A stretch of DNA of 64,000 nt from Macrostomum lignano (lineage: Eukaryota): contig NIVC01000341.1 in NCBI GenBank assembly GCA_002269645.1, forward strand, positions 62,001-126,000, read 5' to 3'. Below are positions 1 through 13,546 of this stretch, piece by piece. The first letter of the stretch is position 1. Each line of letters opens with the position of its first letter. A program made the position numbers and the translations under genes. The notes beneath the pieces were generated by a model, which worked only from the letters and a program-made list of their open reading frames with translations, searched no databases and was not told where the DNA came from.

Positions 1-494
1 CTGGTCTCTGTTCCATTCCTGCAGTTGCTGTGTCTGAATGGCCGTTTCATTGCGGTGTGCCTCTGCGGTCTGGTCTCTGTTCCATTCCTGCAGTTGCTGT
101 GTCTGAATGGCCGTTTCATTGCGGTGTGCCTCTGCGGTCTGGTCTCTGTTCCATTCCTGCCGTTGCTGAGTCTGAATGGCCGTTTCATTGCGGTGTGCCT
201 CTGCGGTCTGGTCTCTGTTCCATTCCTGCCGTTGCTGAGTCTGAATGGCCGTTTCATTGCGGTGTGCCTCTGCGGTCTGGTCTCTGTTCCATTCCTGCAG
301 TTGCTGTGTCTGAATGGCCGTTTCATTGCGGTGTGCCTCTGCGGTCTGGTCTCTGTTCCATTCCTGCAGTTGCTGTGTCTGAATGGCCGTTTCATTGCGG
401 TGTGCCTCTGCGGTCTGGTCTCTGTTCCATTCCTGCAGTTGCTGTGTCTGAATGGCCGTTTCATTGCGGTGTGCCTCTGCGGTCTGGTCTCTGT
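1..494. repeat. 69-bp tandem repeat, ~7 copies, runs off the left edge
   Basis: Unit ctggtctctgttccattcctgcagttgctgtgtctgaatggccgtttcattgcggtgtgcctctgcggt. ORFs 25..528 and 30..569 are simply its open frames. A 22-nt stretch (attcctgccgttgctgagtctg, 154-175) also occurs at 1220-1241 and 9881-9902. Confidence 0.95.
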
Positions 495-3233
495 ACGACC
501 GAATACGCTTTTCTTTGGAATCATTTAAATGCTCTAATTACTATTATAGTTATAAATAGTGTGGGATAAAAGTACTATTGTTCATTTTTATGTCGATATC
601 TCTTTGATGTGTACCGATTCTGTGGTACCTGTTGCACATTTGCACAGCCTGGCTACAACTTGCAAGTGTCCTTTCTATGCTGCACTGCGGTGTGGGAGCA
701 TGAAGAAACTGCTTGAGTCTTGAAACACCCGTGTGTTTTGAGTCTATAAAACTCTTGCGCTACAATTTTATCAGAAATTCAAACATTTTTTGTAATTTTT
801 ATTATGAGTTTTTGGAGTACGATTTTGTCATTATGCATCTGTGTAGTCCAACATTTGATAATGTGCTGTGGCATTCTCATGGTGGACATGATCCACTGCA
901 GGCTGGGAAGCGGCAGCTTCTCAACTCATTCTGTTAGCAGAAGTAGCATCGCATTTGAGCTCTTGATGTCCCTGTTGGAGACCTCTCTGAGGTTATGGCC
1001 GGCATTTTGACTCGATTTTTATTGTGCTTTGATGAGTAGATCTACCACCTCATGATGGCCATTTTGTGATTCTTGTCACAGTTTGTGCCATTTCTGCTTT
1101 CTGAGGAGAAGAGTTTTTTAGAATAATACTGTAATAAATAATGTGGGATAAAAGTATTTCGTTCTCTCTTTATGCTAGTCAGCGGCATTTCTTTGATCTG
1201 ATTTGCCTCTGATTGTCCTATTCCTGCCGTTGCTGAGTCTGGACTTCTGACTCATTGTGGCGAGCCTCGCCCGTTGCCGCCTGTTTTGTTCACGTCGTTT
1301 TTCTTCCTAATTTGCAGCCATAAGAGGCGTTTGTGCATCTCCAGCTGCATCAGTTGTGATGACGCCGGCTGCAGGTGTCAATGATCTTGTCTGTTCTCAT
1401 AGGCTTCTATTCTGGATTTGTTGTCCTGCTGCAGTGTATCAAATATAAATGGTGTGGGATAAAACTACTTTGTTCTTTGTGTCAGACTCAACGGCAATCT
1501 AAGTTGTGTATCGGCTTTGGCACCTGTTGCACATTTTTATCGTGCTTTGATGAGTAGATCTACCACCTCATGATGGCCATTTTGTAATTCTTGCAACAAT
1601 TTAGGCTTTTTTTCAGTTTCTGAAATTAAAAGTTCTTGTTCTAATTAGTATTGTATGTATAAATAGTGTGGAATAAAAGTACTTTGCTCACTTTTTATGT
1701 CAGAGTCGGCGGCATGTCTTTGATGTGTGTCGCCTCGCTGACATCTGTTGCACAGTTGCACAGCCTGGCCACTACTTGCAAGTGCCCTTTCTGTGCTGCC
1801 TTCACTGCGGTGTCGGGGCATGGAGAAGCTGCTGAGTTCATGTGATATTTTTGCACTTTTAGCGTCTTAAAGAACACGTCGTATGTCTGTCAGTAGTAAA
1901 ACACTTGTTCTTCTGTCAGCTGCAACTTTTGAGCTCTTGCTGTCCCTGTCGGCGGCCTCTCTTTGAGCTTATGGCCGGCATTTTGGCTCGATTTTTATTG
2001 TGCTTTGATGAGTAGATCTACCACCTCATGTTGGCCATTTTGTAATTCTTGTCGCAGTTTGTGCCATTCCATTTCTTAATTGAAACGTTTAAAAATAATT
2101 TTGTAATTTTAAAGTGTGGGATAAGTGTACCTTGTTCTCTTTGTCAGAATTAGTGCATCTCTTTGATGTGTGCCGTCTCTCTCACACCTGTTGCACAGTT
2201 GTGCAGCTTCAATGGAGCCAAAGGCTGTTTTTATTCAGCACTTTTGAACTAAATAAAGAAACATCAGTTAATTTTTCAAAGTAACAAAGTTATTTAAATA
2301 TGCTTTTTTATTTGCCATACTTATTTGCCCTCATGCTTCTGGGGCAGCAATGCAGTTTTAAGGTAGATCAGATTCAGACACTGTTCACAGTGCCAGTGCG
2401 AGGCTTTAGGATGATCAGCCCCCCAATGCCACAGAAATTCAGACGACCAGTTAAATTGCTTTCTTTCATTCAATCTGTCAGTGATTTATTTAATTTTACT
2501 GATTGACAAAGTTTTCATTTCAATACCCAAATCATGCTTTTATGAGTCGCGGCCGTCTCAGCGCTGTGCTTGAAGTCACGGTCTACTGTGAGCTGTGAGC
2601 TACAGTACAATTTAAAGCAGTCGCTCAACGAAGCAAAAGCGTGCTGTAGAAAATCTGTTTGCAGATGCGCAGTCACCTCAAGTCCTACCGTACGGCGGCG
2701 CTTCACCTTGGCGGCTTCTCTGTTTAAAGCGTGCTTCAGCAGGTCTCGAATTGCAGCCTCTACCTAAACCTCAAAGGGCCTCCGGATCTCATCAAGGTGG
2801 GATCGAGCTTGGGAACTTTGAGCAGTAAAGACCTGTGGTCGGATAATTCTTTTTAGTGGTTTAAAACTCAATTTTTTAAAGTTTGATCACCTAACCATTT
2901 TAGCTCAATGTGCTCAACTCGCTTCTCACTACTGACCTAATGAGTAGTATTCAGTTCAAACAATTTTAGCCAACTTCTAAGTAATACAATTATCAGTTGG
3001 AAAGTTTAGTTTAGCAACAATTATAAATATACTTTAGGAACAGCCTCTGATTGTAAACATATTTTACCGAACTGGTCATGCTTTATCGTTTTTGTCAGAC
3101 CAAACTTACTTTGCGTTGAGACGTTTTGGCTTCTCAACCCATTCTGATTTACAGAGTAGCATCAAGTTTAAGCTTTTGATGTCCCTGTCGGTGGCCTCTC
3201 TGAGGCTATGGCCGGCATTTTGGCTCCATTTTT

Positions 3234-4596
3234 ATTGTGCTTTGATAAGTAGATCTACCACCTCATGATGGCCATTTTGTATTGTGCTTTGATAAGTAGA
3301 TCTACCACCTCATGATGGCCATTTTGTATTGTGCTTTGATGAGTCGATCTACCACCTCATGATGGCCATTTTGTATTGTGCTTTGATGAGTAGATCTACC
3401 ACCTCATGATGGCCATTTTGTATTGTGCTTTGATGAGTCGATCTACCACCTCATGATGGCCATTTTGTATTGTGCTTTGATAAGTAGATCTACCACCTCA
3501 TGATGGCCATTTTGTATTGTGCTTTGATGAGTCGATCTACCACCTCATGATGGCCATTTTGTATTGTGCTTTGATGAGTCGATCTACCACCTCATGATGG
3601 CCATTTTGTATTGTGCTTTGATGAGTCGATCTACCACCTCATGATGGCCATTTTGTATTGTGCTTTGATGAGTCGATCTACCACCTCATGATGGCCATTT
3701 TGTATTGTGCTTTGATAAGTAGATCTACCACCTCATGATGGCCATTTTGTATTGTGCTTTGATGAGTCGATCTACCACCTCATGATGGCCATTTTGTATT
3801 GTGCTTTGATGAGTCGATCTACCACCTCATGATGGCCATTTTGTATTGTGCTTTGATGAGTAGATCTACCACCTCATGATGGCCATTTTGTATTGTGCTT
3901 TGATGAGTCGATCTACCACCTCATGATGGCCATTTTGTATTGTGCTTTGATGAGTAGATCTACCACCTCATGATGGCCATTTTGTATTGTGCTTTGATGA
4001 GTCGATCTACCACCTCATGATGGCCATTTTGTATTGTGCTTTGATGAGTAGATCTACCACCTCATGATGGCCATTTTGTATTGTGCTTTGATGAGTCGAT
4101 CTACCACCTCATGATGGCCATTTTGTATTGTGCTTTGATAAGTAGATCTACCACCTCATGATGGCCATTTTGTATTGTGCTTTGATGAGTCGATCTACCA
4201 CCTCATGATGGCCATTTTGTATTGTGCTTTGATGAGTCGATCTACCACCTCATGATGGCCATTTTGTATTGTGCTTTGATGAGTCGATCTACCACCTCAT
4301 GATGGCCATTTTGTATTGTGCTTTGATGAGTCGATCTACCACCTCATGATGGCCATTTTGTATTGTGCTTTGATGAGTAGATCTACCACCTCATGATGGC
4401 CATTTTGTATTGTGCTTTGATAAGTAGATCTACCACCTCATGATGGCCATTTTGTATTGTGCTTTGATGAGTAGATCTACCACCTCATGATGGCCATTTT
4501 GTATTGTGCTTTGATGAGTCGATCTACCACCTCATGATGGCCATTTTGTATTGTGCTTTGATGAGTCGATCTACCACCTCATAATGGCCATTTTGT
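3234..4596. repeat. 47-bp minisatellite, 29 copies (ankyrin-core derived)
   Basis: Unit attgtgctttgatgagt(a/c)gatctaccacctcatgatggccattttgt; 1363 bp = 29 x 47. Confidence 0.97.
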
Positions 4597-7585
4597 GATT
4601 CTTTTCACAATTTGTGCCATTTTTAGCTCCTAAAGTAAAGTTCCTGTTTTAATTAGTATTGTATTTATAAATTCTGTGGGATAAAAGTACTTTGTTTACA
4701 TTTTAATGTCATAGTCGGCGGCATGTCTTTGATTTGTGCCGCTTCGGTTGCACAGTCTGGCTACAACTTGCAAGTGTCCTTTCTCTGCTGCCTTCACTGC
4801 GGTGTGGAAGTATGGAGAAGCTGCTTGAGTTTGTCAGCTCTCATTCAAAATCATACTGTAACAGGTAGGATTTTGCGTACTGCCTGCACCTTCTGCTTAC
4901 ATCGGATAGCAAAGAATTGAATTCAAAGCGCAGTATTTCACGGTTCTACAGCCCAGCCGAGGCAGTGGCCATGCCTTTGGGCCTGCAGAGGCGGGCGAGA
5001 GAAAAGAGTGAAGCGAGCGCCTCCACTGTCTGTTCGTTTTATTTAAAACACTGAGGAGCATACGAGTGGGAACGGAAATTCCTATAGGCTACATAGAACG
5101 AATATGAGCGCTCACCATTCGCAAATATGATGGCATTCTATGCAGTTCTGATTGAGTTTACCGTGTTTTTTAGCTACATTTTTGTCGTGAATTTTTTCTA
5201 CGCCTGAGTATCTGTACTCACTGAGAATTTCTTGTCACAATTTATAATTTCAGTTTCTGAAATTAAAAGTTCTTGTTCTAATTAGTATTGTATTTATTTA
5301 TTGTGTGGGATAAAAGTACTTTGCTCACTTTTTATGTCAGAGTCGGCGGCATGTCTTTGATGTGTGCCGGCTCTGACACCTGTTTCACAGTTGCATAGCC
5401 TGGCCACTACTTGCAAGTGCCCTTTCTGTGCTGCCTTCACTGCGGTGTCGGGGCATGGAGAAGCAGCAGAGTTCATGTGACGTTTTTGCACTTTTAGCGT
5501 CTTGAAACACCCGTGTACTTTGTGTCAGTTGTAATACTCTTGTCGTACTTTTGTCAGCGCCATTTTATAAGAAGTTTAAAGATGTTTTGGAGTTTTATTA
5601 TAATTTTGCGGAGTACGATTTGTTATGCATCCGTGTGGTTCTTATGGTTTTGCTATCTCTAGCATTTGATAATGTGCTGTGGGGATCTTATGGTGGACAT
5701 GATCCACTGTATGCTGGGAAGCGGCAGCTTCTCAACTTATTCTGTTAGCAGAAGTAGCATCAATTTTGGGCTCTTGATGTCCCTGTCGGCGGCCTCTTTG
5801 AGGTTATGGCCGGCATTTTGACTCGATTTTTATTGTGCTTTGATGAGTAGATCTACCACCTCATGATGGCCATTTTGTGATTCTTGTCACAATTTGTGCC
5901 ATTTCTGTTTTCTGAGGAGAAAAGTTCTTATTCTTATTAGTATTGTACTTATAAATAGTGTGGAATAAAAGTACTTTTTTGTTGTCTTTATATCAGAGTT
6001 GGTGGCAACTCTTATATGTGCGTGTGGGCTCTCGGAAGTTAGCATCAAGTTTGAGCATTTTATGTCACTGTCGGCGTTCTCTGTTTGAGTTGTCGGCCGG
6101 CTTTTGGCTCCATTTTTATCGTTCATTATTGAGTAGAGCTACCAACTCATGATGGCCATTTTGTGAATCTTGTCACAATTTGATCCATTTAAAACTGTTG
6201 ATTTTTCATTAATCACTGTGGGATGAATGTACTTTTGTTCACTTTTTTGTCACAGTGTACAGTTTCTTTTTGAGCGTACTTTGTTAAGTTTTTCATGTCA
6301 GAGTCGGCGGTGTCTTTGATGTGTGCCGCCTTGCTGTTACCTGCTGCACAGTTGTACAGCCTGGCTACAACTTGCAAGTGTCCTTTCTGTGCTGCCTTCA
6401 CTGCGCTGTGTGGGAGCACGCAGAAGCTGCTTGAGTTCGTCAGCTCTCATTCAAACTCAAATCTGAAGCTGTGTAATATTTTTCTAAACGACATTCTTGG
6501 TTGTGATTTTTTACGCGTGAGTATCTGTAATATTCACTGAGAATTTCTTGTCACAATTTGTTTCATTTCAATTTTTGATGTTAAAAGTTGTTCTGATTAG
6601 TATTGTATTTAATATTTAATAACTCGTAAATAGCGTGGGATAAAAGTACTTTGTTAACTTGTTATGTCAGAGTGGGCGGTACCTCTTTGATGTGTACCGT
6701 CTCTCCAACACCTGTTGCACAGTTTTGTAGCTTCTATGGTGCTGAATGCTTGTTAGGACTTTTGAACTAGATAAATTTAATAAACGACTATTTGTATGAC
6801 AAAATAACAATAATATTAAAATAAGCTTCCTATTTGCTTTACTTGTACTTTTCGCCTTAACGCTTCTTTGTCTGCAATGTAGTTTTAAAGGTAGATTTAG
6901 GTTTAGTTTCTCACTTTAGTACCCTAGGAATATCAAATACTCGTATTGCAGACTTTATTGTTGTACTTAAATTTAAGATATGCTATCAGATCCATACACT
7001 TCACTGTACCAGTGTGCCTGTGTGCCAGTCCTGTGACTAACTCTCAATCTGGATGAGCTCCCCTCAGAATGCTCAGCCCTCTAAAGCTACTGAAATGCAG
7101 ACGGCCAGATAAATTAGTAAATTTTCCTGATTGACAAAGTTTTCATTTGAATCTCCAAATCATGCTTTTATGATGCACGGTGTCTCTGCGCTGTGATTGA
7201 AGCCACAGCTCTACGGCTCACTGTAAGCGGGATCGAGCTCAGGACCTTTGAGCAGCGAAGACCTCGTGTGAACGGAAATTCTTTTATTGGTTTAAAAGTA
7301 TTCAGTTCAAACAATTTTAGCCAACTTCTAAGTGATACAATTATCAGTTGGAAAGTTTAGTTTAGCAACAATTATAAATATATTTTAGGAACAGCCTCTG
7401 ATTGTAAACATATTTTACCGAACTGGTCATGCTTTATCGTTTTTGTCAGACCATACTTACTTTGCGTTGAGACGTTTCGACTTCTCAACCCATTCTGATT
7501 AACAGAAGTAGCATCAAGTTTGAGCTTTTGATGTCCCTGTCGGCGGCCTCTCTGAGGTTATGGCCGGCATTTTGGCTCCGTTTTT

Positions 7586-7914
7586 ATTGTGCTTTGATGA
7601 GTAGATCTACCACCTCATGATGGCCATTTTGTATTGTGCTTTGATGAGTAGATCTACCACCTCATGATGGCCATTTTGTATTGTGCTTTGATGAGTCGAT
7701 CTACCACCTCATGATGGCCATTTTGTATTGTGCTTTGATGAGTAGATCTACCACCTCATGATGGCCATTTTGTATTGTGCTTTGATGAGTCGATCTACCA
7801 CCTCATGATGGCCATTTTGTATTGTGCTTTGATAAGTAGATCTACCACCTCATGATGGCCATTTTGTATTGTGCTTTGATGAGTCGATCTACCACCTCAT
7901 GATGGCCATTTTGT
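7586..7914. repeat. 47-bp minisatellite, 7 copies
   Basis: Same unit; 329 bp = 7 x 47. Confidence 0.95.
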
Positions 7915-10900
7915 GATTTTTGTCACCATTTTTTCATTTCCGTTCTTTGAAGTGAAATGTTTTTTGAAATGATTTTGTAGTTTTAAGTGTGGGGTAAAAG
8001 TACTTCACTTGTTATGGAAGAATCTGTGGCATCTTTGATGTGTGCCGTCTTGCTGACACCTTTAGCAGTGTTGTGTAGCTTTCATTGCGCTAAATACTGC
8101 TTGTGTATCGGATTCTTGAAGTAAATAAATAAGCAACAGTAAATATGACAAAATAACAATAATGATATTAAAATAATCTTCTTATTTGCCATACTTATTT
8201 GCCCTCATGCTTCTCTGTCTGCAATGTAGTTTAAAGGTATATTTTAAGTTTGGCTATTCACTTATATACCTTTGGTATATCAAAATATTGTAGTGTTCAA
8301 GTTTGACTTAAATTTAAGCTGTTATCAGATACAGACACTGTTCACAGTGCCAGTGTGCCTGTGCGAGACCCCAGTCCTGTGCTTAACTCTTAATATTGAT
8401 GAGCTGTTCTTAGGATGCTCAGCCTTTTAATGCCATTAAAACGCAGATTGCCGGTTAAATTAGTAAATTTTACTGATTCATTTAAATCACTAAATTTTGC
8501 TTTTCAGAGTGAGTCACAGCCGTCTCAACGGCTGGCTGTAAGCGGAATTGAGCTCAGGACCTTTGAGCAGTAAAGACTTCTTGTGAACGGAGCTGGTTTT
8601 TAGTGGTTTAAAACAGCCACTTTGTTAAAGTTTGACTATCCAACCATTTTAGGTCAAGGTACTGAACTCGCTACTCACTATTGAGGTCACTAGTAGCAGA
8701 CTGTAAAATGGAACACATATAACAGCACTCAGAATAAGCTACGAGAATTCAGTATTGTAGCGCTTGGGGTATGTTTCGTCAAAAAAAATTGTTGTTGAAA
8801 GTCTTCCAAAGACAATTATAAAAAATCTTTAGGAAAAGCCTCTGATTGTAAACATAATTTTACCGAACTGGTCATGATTTTCGTTTTTGTCAGACCATAA
8901 TTACTGTGCAGTGAGACGTTACGGCGTCTCAACCCATTCTGATTAACAGAGTAGCATCAAGTTTGAGCTTTTGATGTCCCTGTCGGTGGCCTCTCTGAGG
9001 TTATGGCCGGCATTTTGGCTCCGTTTGTATTGTGCTTTGATAAGTAGATCTACCACCTCATGATGGCCATTTTGTGTTCATTGCCACAAATTGTGCCAAT
9101 TTAATTTTCTAAAGTGAAAAGTTTTGCTGCCTTATTTTTTACGTAAACACTTAACAGTGTGGGATAAAAGTACTTTTGTTCGATTTTTGTCAGAGTAGGC
9201 ATCTCTTTAATGTGTAGTGGCTCTCTGACACCTGTTTCACAGTTGCACAGCTTGGCCACTACTTCCAAGTGTCCTTTCTGTGCTGCCTTCACTGCGGTGT
9301 CGGGGCACGGAGAAGCTGCTGAGTTCATGTGATATTTTTGCACTTTTAGCGTCTTGAAACACCCGTGTACTTTGTGTCAGTTGTAATACTCTTGTCGTGC
9401 TTTTTTCAGCGCCATTTTATAAGAAATTTAAAAAAAATTGTAATTTTATTAATATTCTGCTGAGTACGATTTTGTTATGCATCTGTGGTTCTTATGGTTT
9501 CGCTATCTCCAACATTTGATAATGTGCTGTGGCATTCTCATGGTGGACATGATCCACTGCATGCTGGGAAGCGGCAGCTTCTCAACTCATTCTGTTAGCA
9601 GAAGAAGTATCGCATTTGAGCTCTTGATGTCTCTGTCAGCGGCCTCTCTGAAGTTATGGCCGGCATTTTGACTCCATTTTCATCCTGCTTTGATGAGTAG
9701 ATCTACCACCTCATAATGGCCATTTTGTGGATCTTGTCACAATTTGTGCCATTTCTGTTTTCTGAGGAGAAGAGTTTTTTAGAATAATACTGTAATAAAT
9801 AATGTGGGATAAAAGTATTTCGTTCTCTCTTTATGCTAGTCAGCGGCATTTCTTTGATCTGATTTTTCTCTGATTGTCCTATTCCTGCCGTTGCTGAGTC
9901 TGGACTTCTGACTCATTGTGGCGAGCCTCGCCCGTTTCCGCCTGTTTTGTTCACGTCGTTTTTCTTCCCAATTTGCAGCCATGAGAGGCGTTTGTGCATC
10001 TCCAGCTGCATCAGTTGTGATGACGCCGGCTGCAGGTGTCAATGATCTTGTCTGTTCTCATAGGCTTCTATTCTGGGTTTGTTGTCCTGATGCAGTGTAT
10101 CAAATATAAATGATGTGGGATAAAAGTACTTTGTTCTTTGTGTCAGAGTCAACGGCAATCTAAGTTGTGTGTTGGCTTTGACACCTGTTGCACATTTTTA
10201 TCGTGCTTTGATGAGTAGATCTACCACCTCATGATGGCCATTTTGTGATTCTTGCAACAATTTGTGCCGTTTCAGTTTCTGAAATTAGAAGTTCTTGTAC
10301 TAATTAGTATTGTATTTATAAATAGTGTGGGATAAAAGTACTTTGCTCACTTTTTATGTCAGAGTCGGCGGCATGTCTTTGATGTGTGTCGCCTCGCTGA
10401 CACCTGTTGCACAGTTGCACAGCCTGGCCACTACTTGCAAGTGCCCTTTCTGTGCTGCCTTCACTGCGGTGTCGGGCATGGAGAAGCTGCTGAGTTCATG
10501 TGATATTTTTGCACTTTTAGCGTCTTAAAGAACACGTCGTATGTCTATCAGTAGTAAAACACTTGTTCTTCTGTCAGCTGCAACTGTATGCAATTGAAGA
10601 ATAACTTTTGTAATTTTATTGTAATTTTCCTCGGTATGATTTTGTTATTATGCATCCGTGTGGTTCTTGTGGTTTCGCTTTCTGCAGCATTTGATAATGT
10701 GCTGTGGGGATCTTATGGTGGACATGATCCACTGCATGCTGGGAAGCGACAGCTTCTCAACTCATTCTGTTAGCAGAAGTAGCATCGCATTTGAGCTCTT
10801 GATGTCCCTGTCGGCGGCCTCTCTGAGTTGTCAGCCGGCATTTTGGCTCCGTTTCTATCGTGCTTTGACAAGTAGATGTACCACCTCATGATGGCCATTT

Positions 10901-12888
10901 TGTGATTCTTGTCACAGTTTGCCCTTTTAGTATTTTCAAGCGAAAAGTTTCTGTTGTAATTAAATTTGTTATGAATACTGTGGGATAAATGTACTTTTAC
11001 TTTTTTGTCTGTCGGCGGCATCTTTGATGTGTGCCGTCTTGCTGACACCTTTAGCAGTGTTGTGTAGCTTTCATTGCGCTAAATACTGCTTGTGTATCGG
11101 ATTCTTGAAGTAAATAAATAAGCAACAGTAAATATGACAAAATAACAATAATGATATTAAAATAATCTTCTTATTTGCCATACTTATTTGCCCTCATGCT
11201 TCTCTGTCTGCAATGTAGTTTAAAGGTAGATTTTGAGTTTAGCTATTCACTTATATACCTTTGGTATATCAAAATATTGTAGGGTTCAAGTTTGACTTAA
11301 ATTTAAGCTGTTATCAGATACAGACACTGTTCACAGTGCCAGTGTGCCTGTGCGAGACCCCAGTCCTGTGCTTAACTCTTAATATTGATGAGCTGTTCTT
11401 AGGATGCTCAGCCTTTTAATGCCATTAAAACGCAGATTGCCGGTTAAATTAGTAAATTTTACTGATTCATTTAAATCACTAAATTTTGCTTTCATGAGTG
11501 AGTCACTGCCGTCTCAGCGCTGTGATTGAAGCCACAGCTCAGCGGCTGGCTGTGAGCGGAATCGAGCTCAGGACCTTTAAACAGCGAAGACCTCTTGTGA
11601 ACGAGACTGGTTTTTAGTGGTATAAAACTGCCACTTTGTTAAAGTTTCACTATTCAATCATTTTAGGTCAAGGTACTGAACTCGCTACTCACTACTGAGG
11701 TCATAAGTAGCAAACTGTAAAATGAAACGTATAACAACATTCAGAATAAGCTAGGAAAATGTCATCCAAAGACAATTATAAAAATCTTTAGGAAAAACCT
11801 CTGATTGTAAACATGATTTTACCGAACTGGTCATGCTTTTTCATTTTTGTCAGACCAAACCTACTGTGCTTTGAGACGTTCGGCTTTTCAACCCATTCTG
11901 ATTAACAGAAGTAGCATCAAGTTTGAGCTTTTGATGTCCCTGTCGGCGGCCTCTCTTTGAGGCTTTTGACTCCATTTTTATTGTGCTTTGATGAGTAGAT
12001 CTACCACCTCATGATGGCCATTTTGTGATTCTCGTCACAATTTGATCCATTTAAACTGTTTTGATTTTTCATTAATCACTGTGGGATAAATGTACTTTTG
12101 TTCACTTTTTATGTCAGAGTGTACAGTTTCTCTTTGAGCGTACTTTGTTAAGTTTTTCATGTCAGAGTCGGCGGCATCTTTGAAGTGTGCCGCCTCGCTG
12201 ACACCTGTTTCACAGTTGCACAGCCTGGCTACTACTTGCAAGTGCCCATTCTGTGCTGCCTTCACTGCGGTGTTGGAGTACGGTGAAGCTGCCTGAGTTC
12301 TTCAACTCTCATTCAAACTCCAATCTGAAACCGTGTGTAATATGTTTTAGTTTTGCATCTTATCCACCTCAATCATGGCTGTTGAACAAAATTCTTTCTT
12401 TGTCTCACTGTTCTCAGTAAGAATTTGTGGGACATCCAAGTGGGATCTGTCACTGTGCTTTGATGCGACAACTTTCTCACGTGGTGTGCTCACGGCAGTA
12501 ACACGGGCTGTTGCTGCAATTGATGTCTCTGACGCCATTCAGCACTCTGCCACCAAATTGACTTTATTGATTTATTGTGCTTTGATCAGCCTGCTCACGA
12601 CTTTATGATGACCATTCTGTGCTTCTCATCCTGTGCTAGGCTGCTTTGCAGATGGGATGGGAGGCGCAGCAGCAAAGGTTCCTGCCTTTTTGTTGCCGTT
12701 AAGTTCTGTTAATATTGCAAGTATAATTAGTGTGGGTTAAAAGTATTTTTTGTTCTCTTTATATCAGGGTTGGTGGCAACTCTTATATGTGTGTGTGTGG
12801 CCTCGGAAGTTAGCATCAAGTTTGAGCTCTTTATGTCACTGTCGGCGTTCTCTGTTTGAGTTGTCGGCCGGCTTTCTGCTCCATTTTC

Positions 12889-13546
12889 ATCGTGCTTTGA
12901 TGAGTAGATCTACCACCTCATGATGGCCATTTTGTATTGTGCTTTGATGAGTAGATCTACCACCTCATGATGGCCATTTTGTATTGTGCTTTGATGAGTC
13001 GATCTACCACCTCATGATGGCCATTTTGTATTGTGCTTTGATGAGTAGATCTACCACCTCATGATGGCCATTTTGTATTGTGCTTTGATGAGTAGATCTA
13101 CCACCTCATGATGGCCATTTTGTATTGTGCTTTGATGAGTAGATCTACCACCTCATGATGGCTATTTTGTATTGTGCTTTGATGAGTAGATCTACCACCT
13201 CATGATGGCCATTTTGTAATGAGCTTTGATGAGTAGATCTACCACCTCATGATGGCCATTTTGTATTGTGCTTTGATGAGTAGATCTACCACCTCATGAT
13301 GGCCATTTTGTATTGTGCTTTGATGAGTAGATCTACCACCTCATGATGGCCATTTTGTATTGTGCTTTGATGAGTAGATCTACCACCTCATGATGGCCAT
13401 TTTGTATTGTGCTTTGATGAGTAGATCTACCACCTCATGATGGCTATTTTGTATTGTGCTTTGATTAGTAGATCTACCACCTCATGATGGCCATTTTGTA
13501 TTGTGCTTTGATGAGTAGATCTACCACCTCATGATGGCCATTTTGT
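12889..13546. repeat. 47-bp minisatellite, 14 copies
   Basis: Same unit; 658 bp = 14 x 47. Confidence 0.95.

Noticed and set aside
1029-1107. Box C/D snoRNA cluster (TGATGA ... CTGA about 75 nt apart)
   Set aside because: The C box lacks the preceding purine, CTGA is absent in many copies, I recognised no rRNA-complementary guide, and TGATGA is explained by ankyrin codons (ctc atc aaa) on the other strand. A snoScan run would settle it.
3234-4596. Hammerhead ribozyme in the tandem unit (TGATGAG resembles CUGANGA)
   Set aside because: There is no CUGA start and no GAAA after a stem II, so the catalytic core is incomplete.
3234-4596. miR-2 family similarity (gctttgatgag)
   Set aside because: It matches only the 3' half of miR-2; the AUCACAG seed is absent.
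30-4920. BIR/IAP domain remnants on the plus strand (FHCGV, CLHCGVEVW)
   Set aside because: Only a CxxCG-like fragment, with no downstream H/C ligands; the same DNA is better explained as minus-strand ankyrin sequence.
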